From contig CM022672.1 in NCBI GenBank assembly GCA_012295275.1, positions 30,132,001 through 30,196,000 on the forward strand: a stretch of 64,000 nt of DNA. Direction: 5' to 3'. Positions 1-12,158 of the stretch are shown here, in pieces. Position 1 is the first letter of the stretch, and the number at the start of each line of letters is the position of its first letter. Position numbers and translations under genes: made by a program. The DNA comes from Chrysomallon squamiferum (lineage: Eukaryota > Animalia > Mollusca). Below the pieces are notes generated by a model that was given only the letters and a program-made list of their open reading frames with translations, was not told the DNA's origin and searched no databases.

Positions 1-180
1 GGGATATTCCTGGTTTTGTTATATCAACTTTGGGAAGTTCAGCCAGTATTTCAATCATCAGGATATTAACTGAAACTTTAAACTTAAAAAATAATTTTAA
101 ACCATCTAGGTTTTCAAATAATATATACTTACATACTTCTAAATTAAATTAATGTTTTTATGTTACTTCTTTATTTGCAG

Positions 181-370
181 CCACAGACAACAGTATATCA
201 ACATTTACCTACCATGGGCTATCAAAACTGGCTACAATGCAAAGTTCCTGATGGCTGTGTACTTTGAAAAACACTGGGAACAGAACCTGGAAGAATTTCA
301 GCGTGAACTGAACATCACACCTCCCCCTAGACCCATCAAGAAAACTGGCAAACGAACACTCACACCATAG
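181..370 (+). CDS. COQ4: Ubiquinone biosynthesis protein COQ4, last coding exon (gene begins upstream of the window)
   Basis: Acceptor ttatttgcag ends at 180. Translation HRQQYINIYLPWAIKTGYNAKFLMAVYFEKHWEQNLEEFQRELNITPPP...TAG matches the COQ4 C-terminal pattern LPWA..G......L...Y(F/Y)E..WEQ.L...R.ELGI. Confidence 0.85.
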
Positions 371-1861
371 TTTTTAAAACATCATTTAAATAATTTGTGA
401 TAAAACATAAATAAAATTTCACATTGGTAACAGAAAAGAAGTTATCTGATATCAACAATGAAAGATGATTAGAAAAAAAGAAAAGATTTCAACAAAATAA
501 AATGTGTTAAAGTTAAAAGAAGAAACGAAATCCATTTCTCCTGTAGTAAAAGTGAAATTGGTGAAATTTCCTATTAGTAATAGAACATTTTTTTAACTGA
601 TACCAGCACTGAAGGATGGTTAGAAAGAGAAAAAATTATATTTCAACAAAATAACAAAATAAAATATGTTAAAGTTAAAAGAAGAAATGAAATCCCAATA
701 TTCTGTGGAAAATTAAAAATAGGTGAAAGGTTGGAAAGTTAAAGGGGTCAAACCTGAATTCAGTTTCTGCTGTATAAGTCATGCAGGGATATTTATTGTT
801 TTTTTACAAAGGATTGTTCTACATATTTAACAGGCTTGCATATGCATATGTGTATTTTTGTGTGTATGTGTACACATGTATGTTTTGGTTATTCCAAATC
901 TAAAGAAAATGTCCTGAAAAAGTTATAAGTTCAGAACTGAAGGTACTGGAAAAGAAAAGAAAAGGTGTTTTATTTTGTTCAGTCTGTGTTCTCATTGGTT
1001 AATATACATAATATTTAAGTGTGTGTGTGTGTGTGTTTTTCCTGTAATAAATTGTATGATGTAGTGTGTGTGTGAAAGAATTCATAGAAAGAACATTTCC
1101 TGTAATAAATATTGTAGTGCAAGTGTATGTATGTGTACACTAATACATTAAACTGTTAGTGTTGTTTGTTGGTTATTTTCTTTTTAAGAATTCTCTAAGT
1201 TTCATTTTCGTCTGCAGTATATCATTTCAGAAAAATATTTATCTACCATTACACTGTTGTTTAGCACATGTTTTCAGTCACATTGTGCTATTGACAATGT
1301 ATAATGTGTTGTTATAAATGTAAAATAAGTACATTTTGTATTTTTAAAAAGTCATGATATTTTTATTTTTCATTATTTTTTGTTTTGTTTTCCTTTTTAA
1401 ATTCCATAGTAAAATGTACTGCAATATTAAAACAAAAGGAAATAAATTTTTACCCAAGAAAACTATTTACTATTTAGTTTAGTTATTATTTTTAATCTAA
1501 GTTTCTATTTATTGTTATTGTTTTGCACAGAATGTGCTGCTACAGTACTGTCTAATAAAGGAGTCTGTTGTTTTATATTTTATTTTTTCTACTTTTATTT
1601 TATTATTTTTTTAATTTATATATTATTGTTGTTGTTGTTAGTATTATTATAAGTATATAGGTGTGTATCAAGAAAAGCAAACAAATCGGCATTAAACCAA
1701 AACACGTTCCTAAAAAAGTAATAATAAACAAATACAAATTTTAAAATTATACTAAAACAAAAATGGTATCTATTCCCATCTCTGTATTTTACTGGAAGAG
1801 TGTGAGCTTTTTTTTTTTTTCAAGGAATATTTCGATTTAAGAACAAAATTCTTCTTGTCAG

Positions 1862-1892
<31 letters not shown>

Positions 1893-2148
1893 CATTAATT
1901 CATTAAATTCAATTAAACCATAAATATAGACTGATGTGGCTACATCGGCACGAAACACCAGCTCAAATCGCTGGGTTTATATCTACTTCCAAAAAATAAT
2001 TATAACGTCTAGCTGTGTTTATAAATGATGTCAGTCTAATTATTGACCTAATATTAAAGACGCCATGATGATTTATTGCGGGGGGGGGGGACTTTTATAT
2101 TTTTCACGTTCCGAAGTTTTATATATACATATAATTATCTTAAATTGC

Positions 2149-2182
<34 letters not shown>

Positions 2183-2857
2183 GTACGTGCTTTATTAAAG
2201 GTATTTTTTATTTATTAAAATTCATGTGCATTGCCAAATTTTTGTGACGACATTCGATAGAGACTACCTCCCTTTCACCTTTTTTAATAACAATTAAAAT
2301 AGAATCCATCAATAAAAGAATACATAGTATAATTAGTTTTAAAATGATCACTACTACTTCTGTTATTACCACTATTGCTATTGCTGCTGCTGCTGTTACT
2401 AAAACTGCTACTACTACTTTTTTGCTCTTAATAATATTGAAACCAATATGAATGTAATAAGTTATTATTTATAAAGCCTCACGAATAAAACGTTCTATTG
2501 CCAAAAACGAATTACAATATTTATAGAGCTGTTACAATCTTTTTTGTTTTTCAATTTTTATTAATACTCGCAGCTTTAGTTGTCAGACGATTGGATAGAT
2601 GGACGTTTATCATTCAGAAAATATTCATATGATAGCATGACTATTGGTTCACAGAAAGAATGCTGAAAATAAATTTAAATGACTGTAGAGCGTCTTAGAA
2701 GCTTTGAATTCCCCAGTTTGCTATTATTTTTATTTATTTATTTATTTTAAATTCAGCATAAATTGTTGTTTTTTTTTTGTTTTTTGTTTTTTTATTATCG
2801 TATATTTCATCCTGCACAGATGTTTGTCCTCTTACAGTTAATGGTAGTGGTGATGGC

Positions 2858-2925
<68 letters not shown>

Positions 2926-3162
2926 TATGTATACATTTATTTATTTGTTTTAATATGCTTGTATGTTTGTCCATAAAAAAAAACAGAATATTAAGCTCCT
3001 ACGATATGGTTGAATATAGGCTAAGTATTAGATTCTGGTTAGCATTTCAGAGTCAATTCGTATGGAGTGGTCTCCCTTTAGAATTAACCAATGAAAATAT
3101 GTTTTAGTCAACTATTTGATTAATTTAGCCAATCAAATTATATTTTATATCAAGCCATTTAG

Positions 3163-3176
3163 GGCGACCTAGCAAC
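3163..3176 (+). promoter_or_regulatory. Candidate RFX X-box in the AK8 proximal promoter, with CCAAT boxes at ~3088 and ~3129
   Basis: GGCGACCTAGCAAC contains the RFX half-site CCTAGCAAC, ~75 nt upstream of the AK8 ATG. RFX factors are established regulators of ciliary genes, and AK8 is an axonemal enzyme. Confidence 0.55.
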
Positions 3177-3246
3177 AAAACAACATTCTCGCTTGTCAAA
3201 CTTTTAAGTTGATTTCGCCTTCATTGGCAAATTATATATTTAACAA

Positions 3247-3434
3247 ATGGATCAGACAAAACGCCCTTTGTTGATTCCACCAGAATTTGCAAATTATGCT
3301 CAAGAGAAAGGGATATTTGATATGTATAAGGTAATTTTAACAATATGCTATTAATATGCACTTTAAACGTTTAGTGTTTTAGTTTAAAAATTATTATTTT
3401 TTAAGACTTATTATAACATTATAGTAATAATAAC

Positions 3435-3469
<35 letters not shown>

Positions 3470-4413
3470 TGTTATTTATTTTTATTAATACTGATACTAT
3501 TAAATTTTACGAAACAAATGCAATTCAAGAGATGAATAATATGTCACGTTGTTTGTTACTATGATGTTTTATTTTTATATTTAGCGGTTGCTTGAACAAC
3601 TCATTATTCACAAGCCAGATGATCCTATACACTTTCTCATTGAGGAGCTGAAGAAGGATAATGACGATGGTGACTGTTATGTTCTTTCCAAATATTTTTC
3701 AACATATTTATATTTATTTAGGAAATGTCTAAGGCCACTAATATGAAATGAAAGATATTTAATGATTTATGTTCCCTTGTATATGCCAATTAAATTACCA
3801 TAAATTAATTAATACAGTGATTACAAGGCTGTAATAAATAACACAATCTGCACAAAAGTACAATAATTAAAACAATACTTCTAGGTTTTATTTTGAGTAT
3901 TACTTTAAAACAATTTCTTTCGTTTGCTTAATGGTATGAAAAAGCATTAATTACCTGTTATAGTTAAATTAAAATAAAAAGTTAATTAAGTGGAGATGAA
4001 AATAAGTATTACTAATTATTTTGTATTTGAAAGATCAACATGATGATTATGTATTTGGCTAAATACAGAATCATCCAACAATGTTTTAAACAAATTTCCT
4101 TTCTTTTCTACATTACTTTTTCTTTCTTTCTTATTCAAACCTTTTCATAATGTCTGACAGCAACAGGCATTAATAATGTTGTGAAACCAACTGCACATCC
4201 AACTGTATTTAATATAAATTTGAAAATGTTTCTCTTTTCTGTATAAAAATTTGGTTGTTTACTGTTGTTTTTTTTGTATACACTATCATACTCAGTGTTA
4301 TAAACATTCTTTATAATTATTACTACTCAGATTCTTTTTTTAATTATTCGTTATTTTAGTAGTATTATTATTATTATTATAAAAATTACTCAGATTTCTT
4401 TCATTAATTTTTA

Positions 4414-4456
<43 letters not shown>

Positions 4457-7265
4457 AAAGCAGGGGCAGATTGTGATGAGTCACAGTTTTGGTGGGGTTG
4501 GTACAAAATAAGAGACGAGGTTCCTATGTTCTTTTTAATTTCTTTGTTTCTCTTACCTTTTATTTCTTTTTCTTCATTTATTCCTTCATCTTATTTATGT
4601 TTAACTTAAATACCAGAAATGTTCAATTTAAAAAAAAAAAAAATTCTATTTAATTTTTTATTATGTATATTTTTTCTCTCTCTCTCTCTCTATAAATGAT
4701 TAGTTCCACAAGTGATAATTCTCGGCCCTCCAGCCTCTGGGAAGCGGTCGATTGCAAAGATGGTTTGTGAGAAAACACGAGCGGCACACCTCACAATGGA
4801 GAATCTTATTGCTGAAGCAGAAGTTGACGTCAAAGAAGAAGCAGAAGCTTACGTAAAGAAACACGAGGTTAGCTGAAAACAGTTTAGTAACCTGTGTTTG
4901 TGTCAGTGTGTGTCTGTGTGTGCATGCATGCTTTGTGTATGTCCATATGTGTATGTCTATATGTGTGTGGGTGTGACTATGCTTTTGTGTTTGTCTGTCT
5001 CTCTGAGTGACTACATGTATGCATTCATGTATCTATGTATAACAACAGTATAGGTTACTGATTGACAGAATCTAAGACATCACAAAAAAGTATAAGAATA
5101 TAATCTGTGAATAAATGTTAATTCCATCTCAAATAGTTAACATGACATTACAGATGTGACAAATAACTGTAGCAAGAATTAAATGAGGATTTATGTCTTA
5201 ATTGGGGTAGTTCAAATTGTTATTAATATTATTATTGCTATTAATGTTATTATTGTTATATAAACTAGGTGATATTATTAACAATCTTCTTCTTTTTCTG
5301 CTTCTTATTATCATCATTATTATTATTATCATTAATATTAATATCAACATTTTGTTATCATTATTATTAATATTATTATCATCATTATTATTACTATTAT
5401 TATTATTTCTTTTTTATAATGTAGGCGATACCGAATGATGTGTGGTTGAAGATAATACAGACAAGGACACAGCTGTTTGACTGTGTAAAGAAAGGCTGGG
5501 TGCTGGAAGGCTTTCCACAGACTCGAGACCAAGCCCAGATGTTACAGCAGATAGGAGTCTACCCCAAACACTGTGGTCAGTAGTCTAATACCTTTCTGTT
5601 ACCTCTCTCATCCATCTGTCTGTCTGTCTATCTGTACATCTGTTTGTCCTAACTTAAGTTTAGAAAGAATAGATATCAGAAGACTTTCTCGAAAAAAAAA
5701 AAAAAATTGAAAACAAAATGAAAATATAATATAACACCATATTGGAATTTGTCTCAGCATTGATACTGATTTTAGACTATTTTATGATCTGTCTGTCTGT
5801 GTCTGTCTGTCTTTCTATCTGTCTCTCTCTTTCTCTCTTTGTGAGTATGTTGTATGCAGAAAATGTGTGTCTTTAGAATTTTCCACACAAACTTTTTAAC
5901 AAGCTAAAATGGTAGAAAAGATTAGGATATATGTTTTGATGAGTGTTTCATAGACTTTCATATTATACAAAATTGTTGTCTTTCTTTTTTTTTTATTATT
6001 GTTTCATTTTTTGTATTTATTTATTCATTTATTTATGGGTTTTTTATTGTTTATTTCGTTCAGTTTTTAAATTTATTTTATTTTTTTAATTTAAAAAAAA
6101 ATTTATTGGTTTTTTTTTTTAATGTTAATAAAAAATCAAAAAATTCAATTTTGAAAATACACCAGCTTATTGCGAGTCTTGACAAAACTCAGTTCTTTTA
6201 TAACAACACTATTTGGCATATTTGACTAACTTTTTATTATTCTTTCTCTTATTTTCAGTCATACTCGATGCACCAGATACAGTTTTTATTGAACGAGCTT
6301 CAGGAAAAAGAGTTGACAAACTCACTGGAGGTAGGCAACATGGATTAAATCTGGTGTTTAGAAAAATTGAAACAATATTTATATATGTACAAAATACAGT
6401 AATAATAATTATAATAATACCAGCTGAAAGTAACAGTGGATATAGTATAGTAGTAGTAGTAGGAGGAGTAGTAGTAGTTGTTGTTGTTGTTGTTGTTGGT
6501 GTAGTAATATAGTAGTTGTAGTAGTAGTAGAGGTAGTAGTTGTAGTAGCTGGAGTGGTAGTAGTAGTATTTAGTAATTAGTGCTGATGGTGGATATAGTA
6601 ATAAAAGGGATAGTAGTTATAGTAAAAGTAACAGAAGTAGTACTAGTGCTAGATGTGATAATAACAACAATAATTATAACAATGACACCAATACTTTAAA
6701 AAAAAAAAAATATATTAACACTAAATGTATAAAACACACATATATAAAATGTATTTTTAATATATTTTTTGTTAATATTATCACTCAGTAACAACAACAG
6801 TAATAACAAACAATGAAAATAATAATTAGTTTCAACAAATAAAACAAATAAAAGAAAAATATAAATTGGGAAATCTTTTTTGAAAAATGTTTATTTTGTG
6901 ACACACTACAAATACGGGTGTTTGAATGTTTGTGCAGACATATACCACACAACATTCGACTGGCCTGCTAACCCTACAATCCAGGGGCGACTGGAAGAGG
7001 TCCCCGGCAACACGGAAGAAGACATCGTGAACAGACTCGTTATTTATCATCGCTACATCGATGGCATCCGTCGCTGTTACGACCATGTTGCCAAGACGAT
7101 TAATGCCGACCAGCCAAAGGCCGATGTCTTTGACCAAGGTAATCACAACACTGTTTCAGTTGTCTCTTCCCTGGAGTTGTTTTTTATTATTATTATTATT
7201 TTGTTGGGTTTTGGGGTTTTTTTTTTTTAATTTTATTATTTTATTATTTATTGTGATGATGTTGC

Positions 7266-7297
<32 letters not shown>

Positions 7298-8965
7298 ATT
7301 AATTGTATTATTATTAAACTTTGATACTATTATTATCATCATAATAATGATATTATTGTTAGTAGTAGTAGTTGTAGTAGTATCACTATCAGTATAATGT
7401 TTTTGATTATTAAAATTAATATTATCATCATTAATATCATTATCATCATCATCATCATATTATTATTTTTATTATTATTATTATTATTATTATGTTTTAT
7501 TATCATTATATTATTATCATTATTATTATTATTATTATTAATATTATTATTATTATAGTATTATATTATTATTATTATTATTACTATCATTATTATTATT
7601 ATTACTATTATTACTGTTATTTTGAATTCAGTGTACACATTCCTGTGCAGTCAGCCTAGGACCAATGCTCCTCACATTCCTAGGATTGTGTTGCTGGGTC
7701 CCACAGGGAGTGGAAAAGGAGTACAGGCAGCCTTGTTAGCAGCCAAGTACAACATTGTCAATGGTGAGATGTTCTATTTATAGTAACTGTACACGTTTAT
7801 TTAATTAATAGGTTTGTGCGTAAATCTCTTCATGTGTTTGTGTTTGTCAGTATGTATAAATATACATACTGATCTGGATACACAGATGCACAGTGAAACA
7901 AGACACACAGTCACATACATACATACAGACAGACAGAGCACAGTTGTATGTACACACACATTCCTATTCACACCTACACATGCACATCCACACCCATTCA
8001 CACACACACTCATACACACACTGATCTACACTCACACACACACTCATTTACATACAACACACACAGAGATAAAAACATACACACAAACGCATGCACACAC
8101 TTCAAGCGTTAATATTAAAGGGAGGTAATTATTATTTCAGTATCGTGTGGTAAGCTGATCAAACAGGCTATAGAGGATGAGAGGAAAGCAGGTTTGGCAG
8201 CCAGAAATTATGTAGAAAAAGACATACCAGGTATCTGTTTATTTATTTATTTATTTACTTAATTATTTATTTGATTATTTACTTATTTATATATTTATAA
8301 CTTTATTTATTTATTAATTTGCATCTGAAAGTTGTTGTATTTGTTTAGATCTCTATATCAGAAAATTATTAATTTCTTAAAGTATTGTGTTTATTTATCT
8401 GTATCAAATGTTAAAGACAGATCAGTGAATGATTAGATATATTAAAATAATAATAAAAGTTATAATAATCAGTAATTAAATATTCCGCAAGCAGACTTAA
8501 GATTTATGATGAATGTATGTGTCTGGGTGTCTGTATGTATGTGTTTGTCTCTGTATGTGTTTATAGGTTTGTGTATGTTTGTATCTGTGTTTTAATGTGT
8601 TTGTGAGTGTGTAATTTATTTAATTATTTACTTACTTACATACTTACTTACTTTGTGTCAGTGTCTGTGTTTTAATGTGTTTGTGTGTTTGTAATTTATT
8701 TGATTATTTACTTATTTACTTACTTACCTACTTACTTACTTACTAACTTACAGTGCCAGACAATCTAGTGATGACAATACTAAAGGAATGTCTGAGTCAG
8801 CTGTACATACATACTTACTAACTTACAGTGCCAGACAATCTAGTGATGACAATACTAAAGGAATGTCTGAGTCAGCTGTACATACTTACTTACTTACTTA
8901 CTTACTTACAGTGCCAGACAATCTAGTGATGACAATACTAAAGGAATGTCTGAGTCAGCTGTACA

Positions 8966-9001
<36 letters not shown>

Positions 9002-9214
9002 GTGCCAGACAATCTAGTGATGACAATACTAAAGGAATGTCTGAGTCAGCTGTACATACTTACTTACTTACTTACTTACAGTGCCAGACAATCTAGTGAT
9101 GACAATACTAAAGGAATGTCTGAGTCAGCTGTACATACTTACTTACTTACTTACTTACAGTGCCAGACAATCTAGTGATGACAATACTAAAGGAACGTCT
9201 GAGTCAGCTGTACA

Positions 9215-9246
<32 letters not shown>

Positions 9247-9301
9247 GTGCCAGACAATCTAGTGATGACAATACTAAAGGAACGTCTGAGTCAGCTGTAC
9301 A

Positions 9302-9333
<32 letters not shown>

Positions 9334-9388
9334 GTGCCAGACAATCTAGTGATGACAATACTAAAGGAACATCTGAGTCAGCTGTACA

Positions 9389-9424
<36 letters not shown>

Positions 9425-9831
9425 GTGTCAGACAATCTAGAGATGACAATACTAAAGGAATGTCTGAGTCAGCTGTACATACTTACTTACTTACTTACTT
9501 ACTTACAGTGCCAGACAATCTAGTGATGACAATACTAAAGGAACGTCTGAGTCAGCTGTACATACTTACTACTTACTTACTTACTTACTTACTTACAGTG
9601 CCAGACAATCTAGTGATGACAATACTAAAGGAATGTCTGAGTCAGCTGTACATACTTACTTACTTACTTACTTACTTACAGTGCCAGACAATCTAGTGAT
9701 GACAATACTAAAGGAACGTCTGAGTCAGCTGTACATACTTACTTACTTACTTACTTACTTACTCACAGTGCCAGACAATCTAGTGATGACAATACTAAAG
9801 GAATGTCAGAGTCAGCTGTACATACTTACTT

Positions 9832-9878
<47 letters not shown>

Positions 9879-9955
9879 TTTACTTACTTACTTACTTACA
9901 GTGCCAGACAATCTAGTGATGACAATACTAAAGGAACGTCTGAGTCAGCTGTACA

Positions 9956-9999
<44 letters not shown>

Positions 10000-10105
10000 T
10001 TTTACTTACATACTTACTTACTTACATACTTACTTACTTACTTACTTACAGTGCCAGACAATCTAGTGATGACAATACTAAAGGAACGTCTGAGTCAGCT
10101 GTACA

Positions 10106-10137
<32 letters not shown>

Positions 10138-11215
10138 GTGCCAGACAATCTAGTGATGACAATACTAAAGGAACGTCTGAGTCAGCTGGACTGTGTCACT
10201 CGGGGCTGGGTTCTTCACGGCTTCCCTCGATCTCGCGACCAGGCCGAACAGCTGGAGAAAGAAGGTTACACACCAAACAGGTAACACGTCTGTTAGCAGC
10301 CTGTGATAAATACACACAGTAAGCCTCATCCTGTGTCTGACAGGTCAGTCAGATCCATTGCAGATTACTAGTTACTAGTTACTACCCATGAACAATTTTT
10401 TTTTGTTTAAAGTTACAGTGAGACAGGTTTGTATAAAACTTGGGCTACAAGCTGTAAAATACAAATAGTGTTTTGATTTTGTCAGTTTTCACAGATATCT
10501 CATAAATCACTAAGAAGATTAGCCCTGCAGAATGTTTAATTTAAAATAGTGAAAAAAGTATGTTTTCAGTTGTATCATGAAATGATAAAAAGCATAAAGT
10601 AAAACAGAGATTAAAAATTAATATCCATCTTTATTTATTCTAAAACAAATATCAGTATTTACTTAAGCAGCATTTGAAGGAGTTTAAGCAAGAACTATTC
10701 AATAACTCGATGGATTCAGTTGTTGTAATTAAAAAAAACCACATGGTTCAAAATTGTAGTAATTGAAATAATACAGTGGTTTTGAATAATTCAGACAACA
10801 TTATAGTTTGAACTGGAGCAGTGTTCTCTGCTGAAGAACATCCAGTAACAGAATGGTTCTGTTTTATAAACGATGTTTATTTATCTGTTTACACTTCAGA
10901 GTGTTCTTCCTCGACGTTCCCAACGACTCCGTGCTGGAACGCCTCACCCTCAGGAGGACTGACCCAGTCACAGGAGAACGATACCACCTCATGTACAACC
11001 CTCCCCTCACCCTCCAGGTCAAAGAACGTCTGCAGAGACACCCCAGAGACAGCGACGATGAGGTCAGGAAGAGGTTGGCGCAGTACCACGCCGAGGTTGA
11101 GGACCTCGGTGACCTCTACGAGAATGGACAACACATAAACGCTGACCAAGATCCACATACTGTGTTTGAGTGTCTGGAGAGCATTATTGTTAACCCACTA
11201 CCTAAACGCTTTTAA
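3247..11215 (+). CDS. AK8: Adenylate kinase 8 (two AK domains), 10 coding exons, ~478 aa
   Basis: GT-AG exons 3247-3330, 3585-3669, 4704-4867, 5425-5575, 6259-6330, 6938-7138, 7632-7763, 8141-8230, 10139-10280, 10900-11215 join in frame (1437 nt). Motifs: P-loops GPPASGK and [47 protein letters not shown], and C-terminal IIVNPLPK, all characteristic of AK8. Confidence 0.95.
8701..10188 (+). repeat. Tandem array of 16 copies of the AK8 exon-9 splice acceptor plus the first ~50 nt of the exon, separated by variable (CTTA)n linkers (15 decoys + the real exon)
   Basis: Unit is ttacag|TGCCAGACAATCTAGTGATGACAATACTAAAGGAA(C/T)GTCTGAGTCAGCTG + tacata(ctta)n. Exon-like starts at 8754, 8829, 8912, 9003, 9082, 9161, 9248, 9335, 9426, 9509, 9599, 9682, 9769, 9902, 10052 and 10139 (real). 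Confidence 0.95.
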
Positions 11216-12014
11216 TTCTTTTTAATGTTGTATGTGAAAATCTGTGGTTGAAGAGCATTATCCATATCCCATTAATTATACAGTTTTAATTTATAGGTTT
11301 TTAATTTATGTTATCTGTGAAATCCAAAGAGCATCATCATTCATCTGTTAATTAAACATTTTTAATTTACAGATGTTTTATTTATTTTATCTATAAAATC
11401 TAAAGTTGAAATGCATTATCATCTATTCAGTTCAAACAAACAGTTAAGATGTGTTTCTCATTAGTTATTTTTAAGTTATTTATTTATTTTATATGTGAAA
11501 TGCATTACCGTCCAAAATTGACAATGTGATACTAAAGTGAACTTTTTGAGTAAGATATTTATTTATTATTAGTATTATTATTATGCCTTCATTCTTTAAT
11601 TGTTGGTTTGTGTAATATTATTATATTACTTTATATATATAAAAAAAAGAAGATAAACACACTTTATTGTACAAAACAATATTGTCAACATTACCTGTAA
11701 AAAAGAAAATACCTATTAATTAATTAATCATTTAACAAATTTATTAAAAATATTTATTTTTATTTCTTATCAAATAAAGAACTTAAAAGTTAGTATCATA
11801 ATTTATTAATTTATTAGTGTGGTTAAAAGTAAATGTTTTATGCATTATATTACATTAATATACATTTCCTATCAAATGAAGAACTTAAAAACTTCTACTC
11901 CAGTATAATTTATTAATTTATTTCTTTAGATTAATGTTCATTGCAATGTATTAGATCTTTCAGGCAAATTTTATAAAATAATTTGTTGTTGCTTTTGTCC
12001 ATGAAAGCCATTAT

Positions 12015-12158
12015 TGGTTGAGGATCTCTTATCTGAAATTCCTGTATCTGAAAAGTTCCAAAATTCATAACTTTTTGCAAGCAACTGAAACAGTGGACAT
12101 CCTACGGTTTTTTAATGGTTTAAGGTGCAGTCGTTTCATATAAGGTATTCTCAACCTG
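12015..12158. mobile_element. Short Tigger/pogo-type MITE remnant (MER46/Tigger4-like ends)
   Basis: Ends ggttgaggatctcttat...taaggtattctcaacctg form inverted repeats. The left part is similar to the element at 14895-15198. Confidence 0.5.

Noticed and set aside
2763-8128. Poly-Y/L/I/V/M and HT-rich ORFs in the ORF track (likewise 29284-30101 and 45782-46511 beyond the real exon)
   Set aside because: They are translations of (ATT)n, (GTA)n, (ATG)n and (CA)n microsatellites or T-rich intron sequence.
8754-10188. CRISPR-like repeat/spacer appearance
   Set aside because: The 'spacers' are (CTTA)n microsatellite rather than unique sequence, the repeat is a copy of the host exon, there are no cas genes, and the context is a eukaryotic intron.
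8788-10322. Long ORFs in the AK8 array ([12 protein letters not shown]..., MPDNLVMT...) as independent genes
   Set aside because: They are by-products of the stop-poor repeat. Only 10139-10280 fits the AK8 protein.
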